A stretch of 62,775 bases of DNA, filler included, from Rhabdomonas costata (GCA_019059605.1; 30 parts of 30 records of this genome joined end to end with filler, not necessarily neighbours in it), one strand, 5' to 3'. Numbered from the whole stretch's first letter, positions 23,928 through 37,735 are shown. The notes: generated from the letters alone by a model not told the origin. Program-made: numbers and translations.

Positions 23928-26900
23928 GGGATCCATCCAGTTTCTTATCATAGCTACCGCTTGGATGTGATCGGTGGCAAGCAGTCCTCCCTATGGCATT
24001 TTGGCATTGGTGATGTCACCACGCCGGCGTGGATGTATTTTGTGGTGGTCGGTACTGTTTACATTGTCAGCTGATGCAACTTTCATCCTGTGAGAAAAAC
24101 AAAAGTGTGGTTCCGGTTCGCAGGTGGTTTTTGTTTAGGTGAGAGTGGGTTTTCTCGACGTGGCAGTGTGTTATGTATGCTCCATGGTCAGTCAGAGACC
24201 TCGCAATTAGTGAGAGTTTATTGGTGATAAAGTTTTTCAAGATGCAACGGCCCTGCGGCACAGGCACAAGAGTTCGTGAAGAGGTGCAACACTTAAAAAC
24301 AAACAAATTACAAGAAGGAACGCGAGAGAGATCTGCAGGGGAAAATTAAACACAAATAAAACAAAGACTATAAAGCACAAAATACATGTAAGACTGAAAC
24401 AGGAGAGGTATGAAAGGGTGACAAAAATGGCATTGGTGGAGGATTGTTTAAAACGTCAGGGGACAAAACGGAGCAGAATTAGGAAGGAAAATGAGTACGA
24501 CAGTAGGCTCCTGAGGTAGGGCGGAGCAAAGCGGTGTGGCATCGGCGAGGCCCTCGAGGCTCCCCAGAGCTTCAAAATAAACTTGCATCACCTGATATAA
24601 AGCAAGGTTAACGCCATCTTCAATGCAACGAACAAAAACGATGCAGAGTCCCACAAAACGCAGCTTTCGCAATGGATGATAGTGTTGGAGCGAAACACAT
24701 ATGAATCAGATTTTGGCACAAATGCGTGCGTAGAGGTGCAAGCAACGCCTTTTTTTTTCGCTTTGTTTTGCTGGGATTGCTTATCGATGCTTCAGGTTCA
24801 AACTGCCCCAAGATACCCTTCGGGGCCATTTTGGGGTCCTTTTGGGGATTCCTGAGGGTTGCCGCCTGGCGAAAATGAACTCTACGTTGACTGCCGCTTA
24901 CACCGGCAGCCGGCGTGCAGCTAAGTGGACGGCGAGCCAGGCATCAGTTCTTTCTATTAAAGAAAAGAGTGAAATCAATCCGCGAGACCATACATGCTCT
25001 AACCATAGACGTTCCAACACCCCTCTAACAATCGCTTATCGGAGGGGCTACCCCCCCCCCNNNNNNNNNNNNNNNNNNNNNNNNNNNNNNNNNNNNNNNN
25101 NNNNTTAATTAATTAANNNNNNNNNNNNNNNNNNNNNNNNNNNNNNNNNNNNNNNNNNNNACAACGGTAAACAATGGTGAGACTCTTTGTTTACCGTTGT
25201 TCGCTGTGTGATATTGTTGCGGTTCCACATGCGCCGCCACCATTAAGAGTGATGTGTGTGTGCTCACTTCGCGTGGCTCTACGATGGTTTCTGCAACTTA
25301 CACAATGTGTTTTTTTCGTTCGAGAGAGATGACTTTTACCCAAAATTGTCAAGGTTCGCTTTAGATTGGTTTGGTTTGCGAACGACATGAACTATTTGTT
25401 TCGTCACACCTTTTGTTTTGTTCCTTTTCCAGAGAATGGGATGTTTCATCACCATCACCGCCACGAGGGTGGGCGTCACGGCGATGCAGACCGTGCCGCC
25501 GGTAGACTCTTCTCGATCTCCGCCTCCGTCTTGGACTGTATATTGCGATCAACGCCGCTTGCAAAAAGGTACAAAATAACGGCATTGTAGTCAAATTTTG
25601 CAAAATTCAACAGGGTTTACAACAGACTTGAGTGTGGTGCGTTTGAAAAGAACCTTTTTGCATTTTCTTTTGAGTTTTGGTTGTATGTGTTGAGTTTTTG
25701 GGTGAGGCCAGTTTTGTGATGGTTTTGAAGGCGAGGCCATGCCTTGATTATTGCTTTTTCTCTGTCGCTGTGCTCACCAGGGTTCTTCGCACAAGCCTCT
25801 AACAGGGAAATATGTGTAAGGACAAACGGCAAACTCACACCCACCGAAGCGCGCGTGACATTTAGAAGTGGCGAACCCAAGCACACCACAGGCATCAGGA
25901 AGTCAAAAGCAAACCCTCCACGCGGAAGGGCGGCCAACCCGCAGGCAATTTGCCAAGATGTTTGCGTTTTGGAGTTGAAACACTCGCGGGGCACTCCCAC
26001 ACCTAAAAGAGAAGAAAACACCACAATCGTTAGGTGAACGCGGAAAAGCAAGAGTTGCGAAGGACCACGCCTCGTGCCGCGAAAGGCGGCCGAGCGTAAT
26101 AAAAGCCAGTTTTTGGAATTACCAATCTTAAAATCGGAAACAAAATAATCTCCACCGGCCCGGCCCACCGTTGCCCGGAAAAACAGCACATGCCTTCACA
26201 CCACTGCCTTCCAACAAAAGCAAAAATGGCCAAATGGACTTTCCGCCCACTCCCCCTTGACCCTTGCTACTGTCTTTGTCGTGCACATTACCGGTTGTTT
26301 TTTTCTTGCTTTTATTCACACTTTGGGGTTTCATTTGGGTCCTGGGCTTCTCCGCCAAAAACCACTTGGTCACTTGACCCTGCGGTATATCAGACAAACT
26401 TTCCTTGAGCGCAATGCAAGGTTCTGGAAAACGGGACATCTCACATTTGGTTGGTGGGCTTTGGTCTTTTCTCTCGCTGCCAGCGCCTTGGCGCGAGACC
26501 TGGGGCACCACCCGGGCCGCCTGTTTCCTCCGTGTTCCCCGTTCCTGTAAGGCGCACTTTCTTGAACGCATCCTGGCGCAACCTTTGTTGAACATCCGTT
26601 CCCCGCACACCGAGCAACGCAAGTCACCGTGGCGGGCGGCGGTCAGCTAAAAGTCAGGTTGGTGGGTCCCTTAGGCGCGACAAGGCAAACCGGAAACGAA
26701 GAAGCGAGAGAACTTCTTCGAGAAGGTCCCAATACTGGAACGTGGTATTAGGGAAACGCGCGTTGGAGGGGCCAAAGCAACCAGTTGGGGCAAAGGGCTC
26801 AACGCAAGGGGAAGGGCTTCGAGGCAGCAAACGGGCTTAAAGAATTTCGGTTTGAGCGCGGCGGAGCGTCATTTGCCGTTTGCAAACCTTGTCTCTTAGG

Positions 26901-27255
26901 GGACACGGGCGTGTCGTGCAAAGCCGTGAACGCCCAAAGACTATCACCCTTCCGAAAGAGAGAACGTCGTGACCCACCGTGGATTCGGACCCACCCGAAA
27001 ATGGGAACAGCTCTTGCTTTTGCTTGCACGACGGGTTACCTTACTAATCAACAAAAGCACAAGCCACACAGTCAGGCTGGGCGGCGGCCCAGCAGAGCAG
27101 TGCGTGGACAAACAAAACAAACAGGGAGACACACAGCAGCGGAAGACCCAACCACNNNNNNNNNNNNNNNNNNNNNNNNNNNNNNNNNNNNNNNNNNNNT
27201 TAATTAATTAANNNNNNNNNNNNNNNNNNNNNNNNNNNNNNNNNNNNNNNNNNNN

Positions 27256-29251
27256 CTGAGGTTGCTCTCTTTCGAGCCTCAACTCACAGCTTTTGAACTA
27301 GCTCAGCGGTTCGGCGCTTGCCTCGTACCTATTATTTTTACCATCTGTTCTGTCTGTTCCCATATTGACCAAACGAATTATCGAAACGAATTATCCCCTC
27401 AACATGTTTCCGAACTGAAACTGAAGTTTTTGAACGCTCTAAAAACTCATCATGATAAGTAAGTTGAACCTATTTTTATCTCCGCCTTTTTGAAGAGTTT
27501 TCGAAGGATGTTTATTTGTGCGACGTTTGCCAGAACATTTCGCTGCGTCTCTGCAAAGCCCCTACTGGCTTATTTACTCAATGGAGGCGATATATCACGA
27601 AAAACAAGGTATTTTTTTCTTGGTTTTTCTTTTTACCATGAGTACAGCATCCGAAAATGTGTTTACCATTGTGTACCACTACGTACAGTTCTTCGATGAA
27701 ACAGTTTTCCTCGAAAAATCATGGGGCAATTCTTCGGGCAGTGAGCGCACACAAACAAAAACAACAGCCCTTTTCAGCGTTGCGCCGACCAGCAAGTCTT
27801 TTTGTAACCTGTCCCTCTGCTCCATACCAAGTGCCACGGGGCGTTCTTTGGGGGCTTGAAAGTTTGCACCTTTTAAAATTCAGGTGAAGCCCCACCTGTG
27901 CAAAGCGGTCACTCTAAAAGGCCAGCGCGGAGAGAACCGCGTCCTCGTCCCTCTTCAGTTCACCGTCGTGAGGATACCCGGTTCACAAAAGCTCCGGAAG
28001 AACAGGAAGAGAGTTGCAGAGTTGATAGTCTGCGCCGGAGCGAAAAACGCAGAGCCTAGAAGGTCGTCAGGGGGCTGTACTGCTACCATTCTTGGGCAGA
28101 GTGAACACTCAAAAAACCGAGCTTTTGTGAACCGGGTATCCTCATGGCACCAAAAACAAATCTATCTGAACATACCCGCTGGCAAACAAACTGTGTGCAG
28201 TTCAATGTTAAAACCGCTGACGAGGTGACAACAGCGTAGTCCCCAATACGAAGCACCCCCACTCACCCGTTCACCGAGGGCAAAAACCACAGCGGTCGCT
28301 GTGATTGGAGCCCGAAGTGAAGCGCGAACACCGCAGACAGAAAACCCCTTAGCAACCTCAACCGTCACTGAAGCAGAACGGAAGTGCTGATATTCAAGCA
28401 CTCCTCCTCCAGAAGCTGGCGAGAGGTGGTGCAGCAAAGCCGGTGCTCTTCCAAAAATCTGTTGGTCCCGTAGAAGTTGCCGACTTCCTGGCCAGTTCAA
28501 CCTGGCAAAAACCGCTAACACGTCAAACACAAACGTTTGGTGGCTGAAAACCACCGGAGAGGTTTCTCTCTCTTTCACTTTGTTTTTCGGCGGTCCACTA
28601 AACTCGTGGCGGCAAGAAATTAACCAGACGCATTAAGTCGAGGGCCACCTATTTATGCTTTGCGGTGGTTGGTATTCTGGCCTTTCACTTTTCCTCCATC
28701 AATCCGCAAAAGAAAACGTATCAGTTTTCGCAACTCTGTGGGAGAGTCTCTCTTGGACTCCGGGTGAGGCGGGAAGCCCCCTCCCCCCGCTAACCCTGAG
28801 TGAGCAGCAGACCGCTGTGTCTGAGCTGCTTCGCCCTCCGAACCTACTTCTCGGTCCCGCCCCCCTCGCACTGGACTTCTCACTCGTTCACCCTCTGCGA
28901 CGGCTGGGAGTGCAGCTGAGAGGCGCCAAAGAAAAGGAGAGTGAGTCCCGGGAGGTGTGCCGAGCGGTTGGGTGGGATTATCAGTGTCAGGCTTACTGAG
29001 GTGTCTTGTCAACGTGGGGTTGGATTTCTCGTGTTTAGGTTTCGAGTTCTGAGTTCGGTTTTGGGGCTTCTTGGGTTCCAGTGTGTGAGTAGGCCTTTGG
29101 TGCTGCTGATGTGGGTAGATGCTTCTGAGGTTGCTCTCTTTCGAGCCTCAACTCACAGCTTTTGAACTAGCTCAGCGGTTCGGCGCTTGCCTCGTACCTA
29201 TTATTTTTACCATCTGTTCTGTCTGTTCCCATATTGACCAAACGAATTATC
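27256..29251. repeat. Cyclic contig with exact 127-bp terminal overlap (unit 1869 bp; circle or collapsed tandem array)
   Basis: 27256-27382 equals 29125-29251 exactly; 127 is a standard de Bruijn k-mer size; no G/T primer tails at the ends. Confidence 0.9.
28800..29200 (+). mobile_element. CRE-like restriction-like endonuclease remnant inside the cyclic unit
   Basis: LLRPPNLLLGPAPLALDFSLVHPL...KEKESESREVCRAVGWDY resembles RPADxL...ALDxxVxHP...K..C...GWxF; the PD-equivalent Asp appears replaced and a stop follows. Confidence 0.65.
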
Positions 29252-29865
29252 NNNNNNNNNNNNNNNNNNNNNNNNNNNNNNNNNNNNNNNNNNNNTTAAT
29301 TAATTAANNNNNNNNNNNNNNNNNNNNNNNNNNNNNNNNNNNNNNNNNNNNAATGGATCTGCGACAGAACCTGCCAACCTGTGGATTGTCTTGAGTAGAA
29401 GAATGGAAAAGAGGGAGTGGGAAATCCAACAAAAGAGAGGCGACGCTAATGAGCACGGGAAGCTGCTGAAAATGTCATGGGGCAAACCTTTCTCTTCTCG
29501 GAGTCTGCTACGCGCACAACCTGTAAAAAGTGTTGGGTATAAAAAACGGGTACCCATCCAGGAAGTGGTCGCAGAATCCATTTTCCGGTACACCTCGCGA
29601 CATTTTCTAAGATGGTGAGTGAAGCCGAAATTTGGAGCTCAGGTAACCATATATGACAGAAAGCTGGAGAATTCCAAGGGCATTGCGCAGGTATTTCGGT
29701 TTTGAGAGTTGAAATCCACAGACCTTCAATGGGCATTGCAGACTCCGGGGCTTGCACCCTTCCTACAGATGGAGAAAAAGGTACTCAATGGGTTTCACAC
29801 GGCATACAACACTGTCCGCCCTGGGGGGGGGGCGAGGTGGTGGAGCAGAGTGCCAGCTTGCTGAC

Positions 29866-30600
29866 TCCGTCCAGGCTCTGCCCGTGCATGGAATTGATCG
29901 CGGCCTGCGCCGCCGCGGGATCGCTGAACCTCACGAAGCCACACTTCCCCGTGGGTGAGCCCCGTTTGAACAGGAAAACGTCCACCAGAGATCCGAACGG
30001 AGCAAACAGCGTCTGCACCCAAACCCCCTCCCCTCAGAAACCCAATTGTATTTCATGTCAGGCGGATATTCAGCTCTCTTTGTAGTGGGGTTCAACGCCT
30101 GACCGAACCTCCTGACTGTGACTACAGAGGCGGCATTCACCAGCAGCTCGGAGGTTTTCAAACAAAGTTCATGAGTGCCCTGAATGGAGACAGTTTCAAC
30201 CTTCCCTCTGATGACTAATAAAGCCTCAGCCTCAGCCTTAGCCTTCTTTCAAAAGAACCAGCGTCCGTAACTCCATAAAGCGCACCCGAAAGGAGAAAGG
30301 CTTGCTCAGGGCAACCCCCTAGATGAGCAGATCGTGCATCAAGCATATGACGTTTCAACGCAGTGCCAGAAACACAATATTCATATCCAAAGCATAACAC
30401 ACAACTGAAGACAAGGACGACGCCCAGGAAGACACGATCGCGCACACACGTACTGTCAGGATGTCCGGGGAGGACTCCAGGGGAAGGTTTCCGACAAATA
30501 GCTTGACCTCCGAGCCCACCGGCGCCGCTACTCCCGCCAGAGCTGGGGCTCGCACAGGGGCTCCGGTGGACGCACCCTTTTTGTTGTCGGCGTACCTAAC
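29866..30600 (-). CDS. RRM RNA-binding protein, CELF/Bruno/FCA-like (exons 30600-30454 and 30012-~29866)
   Basis: VRYADNKK...KLFVGNLPLESSPDILT|TLFAPFGSLVDVFLFKRGSPTGKCGFVRFSDPAAAQAAINSMHG: RNP2 and RNP1 joined by a phase-0 GT-AG intron. Confidence 0.88.
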
Positions 30601-31600
30601 CTGTGAACCACCGCAGGAAACACGCCAAGGAACCGCCGGAGCGGGTTCACAGAACAGGTGCAAGCTGGGGGAAAGGGGGTTGACATGAGGTTTTCAATGC
30701 AATTAATATCACAAGCGAAGTAGAGTGTCCGCATCTGCGTCATGAACTCGTGACTAAAACAAACAAATAGAAACACGAGAATACTCACGCCATTCAGACA
30801 AAAATATGGCAAAGTGGAGCAAGGTCTTTCAAGCAGATACAGGAGGACTGCTATGCGACTGAGCCAGAATATAAGGCATGTGCATACAATCACCTGGGTC
30901 ATCGCATAAAGAAATCCAGTGAAGGCTGAGGCTACCGCAACATGTGTGTTTGCTCTCCATCTCCTCTCCTGTCGGACAAAACGCCCACAGACCTGCAAGG
31001 GTTTCAACGACCCAGGGAGGCCATAGCCATGCATACTGGCAATCGCCGCATCCGCAGATTCCCTTATACAGCATAAGGGAAAGAAGTCCGTGAAAAAACA
31101 GCAGTCTCAGAGGGGTACCTCGAAAAAATAAAGCACACATTCTCGCAGCAGAGGCAGTTCCCATGATGCATGCGTCACCGGAATACTAAGGTGGACGACA
31201 TCCACTCCCCCGTATACAAGTATTCAAGATAAGGCGAATCCAATACTCGGATAGCATTGTAAAATGATCATCCCCGTCCCGCCGATTCCGACCTCGACCA
31301 AACCATGCTCTCTCATTCCCATATTCCCCATTGCAACCCCCCCCCCNNNNNNNNNNNNNNNNNNNNNNNNNNNNNNNNNNNNNNNNNNNNTTAATTAATT
31401 AANNNNNNNNNNNNNNNNNNNNNNNNNNNNNNNNNNNNNNNNNNNNGGGTTGGTTGTAACTGCCCTAAAGGCCGATGTTGGGACTTTCAGGGGCATTAAT
31501 TCGTCGACAGGATATAATCCCTCTTTTTTTGTTCTCGCGGTTTATGGTCGCTGTCCTTCTGAAACGAAGCAACGGCGAGCACCCAAACAATGCCCGGCAG

Positions 31601-32915
31601 GTACGTGCGGCAGCTGTTCCCGCTGGGCATCCACATCTCTGAGAAACACTTGCAGGAGATTCGCCAGCTCAGCCAGGCCAACCGCCCCATGGTTCTCGTA
31701 CCCACCCACAAGTCCCACATGGACTACGCCATCGTGCACTTCGTTGCCATGATCGGTGTTTCATCCCTCCCTCGAGTCACCTGCCTGCTCCCGATAGCGC
31801 CGCGTCATACCATGACCCCGCACCGTTGTGCGAAAAACTCCAGGAAAGCTTGTCAAGATGGGCTGCCCACCCTGAAGCATACAGATACCGGCCAAGGGTG
31901 GAATGACCGGCGGACATCGATTTTGTGCAGCAAGCCCCTAAAACGAAAAACGGTAGGGGCCACAAGCAAGAAGCCGCAGAGCCCAGTGAGAAATTTTTTT
32001 GTGGGGAAACCGTTCTCATCATTCCCAGCGATCATTTCCCACGATCTTCGTTTTCGGGCAGAATCTTCCCACCACAACCTCCGAAAACAGAGCTTTATGG
32101 GAAAGGTGCTGTGGTGAAAACGATTCTCGGACGACAGCAACTTACATTCCTTTCTTCAATCGTTGCCAAAGAGGAGCAAACCTTGCTTTTTTTTTTAAAC
32201 CCTTGCTATCTAAAACACTGCGTTTTTTTGTAGCCTTTTGTTTCCCTTTCTGAGTTTCTCTTGCAGTTCTTGGAGTAAGCTGATGTTACCAAAGGAAAGT
32301 GCATCTTTCGGTGCTTGGATCCCAAGGGCCTTCATCAAAGATTGCCAGGCCTCTTCGCGGGATAGCTGCACCTGCTGTGCTGAAACGATGCAGTTTGTTT
32401 GGCCTCAAGTCTGGCGTGCATGTCCCATCTTATACACCCACCCATCATCGCACTGCCTTCTCTCTCATCGCACAGAGGGTCTGAACGTCCCCTACGTCGT
32501 CTCCGGCGATAACCTCAACATGTTCATTGCGGGTATCCTCGCACCCTCGTTCGTACGCGCCGAAATGGCTTGCATTTCATGCCCTCACAGTGAACCAGCG
32601 TACTCTTTACTCCTCTCAGGGCATACCTTTTTGGGGCGCAGTGGCGCTTATTGGCACACCTGCGGGGCCTTTACCCATTTTTACATTTTTATGTTTAATA
32701 GCAAAAATGGTGTGCCACTGGTAACCGTTACAATCCCCCCCCCGTCAATAATACTGGAAAAGTGGATACGAGAGAGGCACGGGAAGCGCTTGAGTCTTTT
32801 CACCACCGCTCTCCCGCCTTGTGCACAGGACCTCTGCTGCGGCGATGTGGGGCGATGTTCATTCGGAGGTCGTTCAAGGGCGACCCTCTGTACACGGCGA
32901 TCTTCAACGAATACA
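31601..32915 (+). CDS. Glycerol-3-phosphate / dihydroxyacetone-phosphate acyltransferase (exons 31601-31755, 32476-32532, 32829-32915)
   Basis: Spliced ...[71 protein letters not shown] contains HxxxxD, GDNL and GAxFIRR motifs; all junctions GT-AG and in phase. Confidence 0.92.
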
Positions 32916-35819
32916 GTGCGGCCGCCACCCCTTTCCTGATTTCACCTCTACGCTCTTTTTCGGATAGGAAGTACGCAAAAAAAAAGTTGGGGCTCCTTGT
33001 TTTCCGGTTTCGGGTATTTTGTGCAGCTACTTCCCCCACCGCTTCTACTCTTTTCTGCATCTGCAGTGGTATGTTTGGGTCCCATTTTGTTGACAAGTAG
33101 CTCGACATTTGCTTGAATCTGAGGGACTCAGCCGCAAAGCTGTTGTGCTCCTCTCTCACATTCTCACTCTGAAACCTTCTCCATGTGACTTTCCATTTCG
33201 TACTCCCATCTTTCCCGTTGGGGCTGAAAAGAGTTTCTCCGCAACCTGAAATGAAGGCGAAAAAAGGCGCAGGAAGGGGCATGCTGAACGCCAAAATAAA
33301 GGGCACAGATCAATCTATGGGGATGAAACAAAAAATTCAAACACTCTCATACCTTTCGGCTGAACCACTGCCCCCATCTCTGCTTTGCGCTCTCACGCCT
33401 CATCTCTTTCTGAACCCTCTTCTGCGCCCGCGACAGTCACGNNNNNNNNNNNNNNNNNNNNNNNNNNNNNNNNNNNNNNNNNNNNTTAATTAATTAANNN
33501 NNNNNNNNNNNNNNNNNNNNNNNNNNNNNNNNNNNNNNNNNAACCTCCCCGTCATCGGTGCGGTGTACCGCGCGCTGTGTGCTGCAAGCACCTCCGCAGC
33601 GGCCAGCGCCTCTACCATCGCCACAAGCAGACGTGGTGGGGGTGCAGGTAGTCGCCCAGAAAGCCCCACCCCTCGGTCTCCCGACAGCGACTTGGGGGAT
33701 TGATTGTTTTCGATGAGCGATGAGCGATGGGGGCCGGGGGAGCCTAAAAAAATCATCATTAACCAGGCGCGCTGCTCCTGTAATTTGTTCATAATGGATG
33801 TGTGTTACAGCGGGGTAGGGATGCCTGTGGCTCCTGTGCCTATTCTTTTCAAGCTCCACAGCCCTTTCTTGACATGTGGGGAAGGGCGAAAGGGTTCTAT
33901 GACCTGTCTCCATGTTGTGATGTACCGGTGGGTTTTGTGGATTGTTTTAGTACTTGTATGTGCATTACTCTGCTGGCAATACCTTGTAAGGGAATACTTT
34001 ATGTGGTGTGGTGGTGGCTCCCTTCCGCTGTTGACCGTTAATTAGTGAAATGTGGTAGCTTCTCAGCCCGGACAGAGGATTTTAATCTTGAGCCCAAGGG
34101 TACATTACAGGAGTGAGGCTGCCCATTCCAGGGCATTGCAGCAGTGTCCCAGGTGGAGAACTTAGCAGTTACATGGTTTTATTCTTTTTTTGACTTTTAA
34201 CCTCCTTGGTCGCTGTTCAGTTTCCCTCCATATAACCAATACCGGGTTAAACACGAAAGAAAAAATGACACCACACGTCCCAGTGAAACGAAGCTGTCAT
34301 CAACCCTCCTCTTTGCCTACTGCTCCTCAAGGCAATGCTTCATGAAAGATTCCCGGGGCGTGTTCCAAACCAACCTCACAAATCTTACATCCTTGTGCTG
34401 TGCCTGTGCCCGGCCATTTATGTTCCTGTTCTAAGGTGGTGCGGTCAGCGCAGATCAATTCTGATTCATCTTTTTGCTTTTTCGGTTTGTTACCTGTTAT
34501 TCAAGTGTGTTTGATGCGGTCGGCCACCCCGGACCAACAACGAGGACCGAGAAAATTTCCCATTGATTTCCCCAATTCTTCCGCCCAATCGACCCCTCAA
34601 CAGAGATCCGGGAAATACCGATTTTTCCGATCGAGGACCATGATAGAACGGGATAGGCCGGAAAAGAAAAAAATCCCCTTCCATTTTTACCGCTTTCAAA
34701 AGAGAATCAAGGTATGCCACCTTTTTGTGCGATAGCTTCAAATTTCATGGGAAAGAGTTGGGATAAGGGGCTGGAAATATAGAGGGAAAATCGGGGATCA
34801 ATCGATGCCCTCGTTGCGGAGTTACCGCACCGGGTTATCAAGAGCCTTTCCCCCACCCAAGTGCTGTTTTTGAATTGTCTCCTTCCTTACTCCCTTACTT
34901 CCGAAATGCAACCAAATTTTGTTCTTGTGTAGCAGATGATCAAGGCACAGAAAACCAAACGAGGTGCTGGTGCCTGCCTTTCCCTTCTGCCATCCAGGTT
35001 CCGGCATAAACTTTTCAACCCGAGGTCCCCCTGGCAGATTTTCCATTGGGATTCGCACATAAAAAACACCTAAGAAGTCAAACCGGAGCATCAAAAACTG
35101 CCTCCGGACTGAACCGATAAGTCGACAGGGGCGGAGAGGATCAATCGACATACCCAGCTCACCTCTCACGTCCGTCGTGCTATCCGATTGTGAAGATGAC
35201 CAATTTGTGGTGTATGCATTTCATTGCGTCCAAACTGAGAAAATCAGGAAGCTTATTAAAAATTCACGACAAGGTGTTGTGTTTCGATCGGGAGGTAATT
35301 GCGCTTCAGATCCAACCCTATCCATCTAAAGAGACGCTCCACTTTCACTTCCAGTGGTGGAAAAATGCATTGGATTTGTACTCTCGTTGGCCTCTTTGGC
35401 AACCAACTGTGAAGGAGCTGCCTCACAAATAATGTTCACGTGACGGCCCTAAGATTTCTTTGATGAAAAAACTGGATGGAGCAGCAAATTCCGAGCTCCG
35501 AGTTTGTTGCAAGAGAAGTCGCCAATTGATGGGACTNNNNNNNNNNNNNNNNNNNNNNNNNNNNNNNNNNNNNNNNNNNNTTAATTAATTAANNNNNNNN
35601 NNNNNNNNNNNNNNNNNNNNNNNNNNNNNNNNNNNNAGATCTTCTGTCGTCTCCTTAGGGACACGTGCATCGTCATCTGAACCCTGCAACATCTTTATTT
35701 TGTGGTGGGGGGCATGTGAATCGCCAACTAATCCCTTGCAAGATGTTCCAGTTTGTTCCAGGAGACCTCCGTGGCAACCCCCTTTTCATCCCTGCTTCCT
35801 CACAGCTTAAGCTTCTTAG

Positions 35820-36070
35820 CTTCCACCAGATGGGCTGCGATCGCCGCGAAGGCGGAGAAACCGTCAGCCCTGATATCACGGGATCCCTGGGATTCCAATA
35901 GAAGATTTGCAGGGTGTTAGGCAGCGATACACGTGTCTTCAGCAGCAGAGGGGGTCCAGGAGGGGCCTAGCCCCCCGGGTACGTGGTTAGCTACAACATT
36001 CCTTCGAATCGAGAACATACGTACGTGTAGCAGTTGGTTGCTGGACTCTTGGGGGCTCTGGAGCCTTTTC
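35820..36070 (+). mobile_element. Highly degenerate CRE-like reverse-transcriptase remnant (antisense, in an ABCG intron)
   Basis: FHQMGCDRREGGETV and SAAEGVQEGPSPPG...WLLDS echo QLGVG..GxE, SxxGVQQGDPLGP and WYLDD in the correct order but in broken frames. Confidence 0.4.
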
Positions 36071-36439
36071 ACCTTCACCACTTTCACTATTGCGTCTTCT
36101 TTCTTGAAAAGCTTACCTGACGCTTCCACCTCATCTTCTGGTTTATTATCTTTTTTCCACCGGGAGAATATTCCGTCTTTCGAGCCATTCAAATAAAACC
36201 TCTCCTTGTAAATGGTGACGCATTCTTAAAGAGAGGGAGACGCAACATTTCCTGATCAGGGGGGCGTACAATTGAAGTTTGCCTGGCTCACTTCTCCTAT
36301 AAAAAGTAATTTGTCGTCCCCTCCATCTTATTATTCGGGTACGGCGAGTGTGCTCGTAACAACGTTCACAGTAGTTCGGCGCGAAGTTCAGCCTCGTCAA
36401 ATTTTCGCCGATACCCTTTCTCCATTCGTCGGGACACAC

Positions 36440-37257
36440 CGATCAAACTCAGGCACGCCCCCGCCGGACTGGAAATGGGTGACCAGGTTAACCGCTTCGG
36501 GGCCGAGTTCCCCGAAGAACACCACCTGCCCACCCTTCCGTAGCAGCAGTAGGCTCTCGAACATGCTGAACAGCATCGTGCTGGGCTGGTGGATGGTGCA
36601 GATCACGGTGCGGCCCGTGCGAGCCACGTTGGTGATTGCCCGCATGACCATCAGCGCCGCCTTGGAATCCAGTCCTGATTGGGGTTGGGGTGCGGAAGAA
36701 GGCTGCAATGGCAAAACGAAAGATCCAAACAAACAAATGGCAACTGCCATATGACAATACACAGGTGCCAAACGATGGGAGGTGAAATATTTCGTACCGC
36801 GATGAACAGCTGCGGGGGGAGCGGGAGGTTGGGAATCCGCAGAAATAGAAATTTGATCGTGAATGTCACATTCCCAGAAATGCGACATTGCTGTCACTTT
36901 AAAATACCCATGGCACACAATAGTACCTAAAGGCCGATTAACGCAAAACAACTGCACATGACGACAGAAATGGCTCGCAAAGAAAGCCGAAGAAGAGCAA
37001 AGGAAGCACAGGAGCAGGGGGAGCAGGAGCAGGAGGAGGGTGGTGCGCAAGCGATAGCACAGGAACCACTGGTGGGCTCGTCCAGAAACAGGATCGAGGG
37101 GTTGGTCACCAGCTCCACCCCAATCGTCACACGCTTCACCTGCTCCACGCTCAGCCCCGCGCCCTTCACCCCGATCAGCTGGTTCGCCAGTGGCCGCAGC
37201 TCCAGAAGGTCCAGCACTAGCCTCACGATGTCCTCCTTGGCCTCGTCGGAAACGGTG
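36440..37257 (-). CDS. ABCG/PDR-type ABC transporter, second nucleotide-binding domain (exons 37257-37067 and 36674-36440)
   Basis: [62 protein letters not shown]...[14 protein letters not shown]; LSVEQxKR is characteristic of PDR NBD2. Confidence 0.95.
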
Positions 37258-37735
37258 CTGTTTTGAGGAGTCGACGATGCTCACCGCGGCGCGCCAAACC
37301 CAAAGACTCTCTAACAACCATACCGCTCACCTTCCCCGGACAGCTTGCATGTAAGCAAAAGCGGCTGTGGGCGGTGCTTTGTCTACATTAAGGGTGCTTC
37401 TTTGTTTGATTCAGTTTCTCATCTCTGCAGTTCAGCTGTTCGAGCACTGAGCACTGCACGGGGCGGCAGTGGCACAATCTAAAATCAAAGTGAGATAATG
37501 TAATGAATCGAGCAAATCGAATGGGAAAGAAGGAGATTACACAGGGAGATATGTAACAGACGATGGCAGCTTCTGGTGTTTCGATGGCAGTTTCGCTGCC
37601 TCCCCGCAAAACGAATTGCGTCTCACCGGCGNNNNNNNNNNNNNNNNNNNNNNNNNNNNNNNNNNNNNNNNNNNNTTAATTAATTAANNNNNNNNNNNNN
37701 NNNNNNNNNNNNNNNNNNNNNNNNNNNNNNNGGGG

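Noticed and set aside
34050-34110. tRNA-Lys-like fragment (TAGCT..CAG..CGG..AGAG..TTTTAATCT)
   Set aside because: No GTTCRA T-loop and no acceptor stem; cannot be folded into a cloverleaf.
36397-37317. 306-aa ORF as a single ABC transporter CDS (likewise 40479-41387, 32238-32939, 55596-56342)
   Set aside because: These ORFs run through introns or shadow frames; the true coding parts are the shorter spliced exons.
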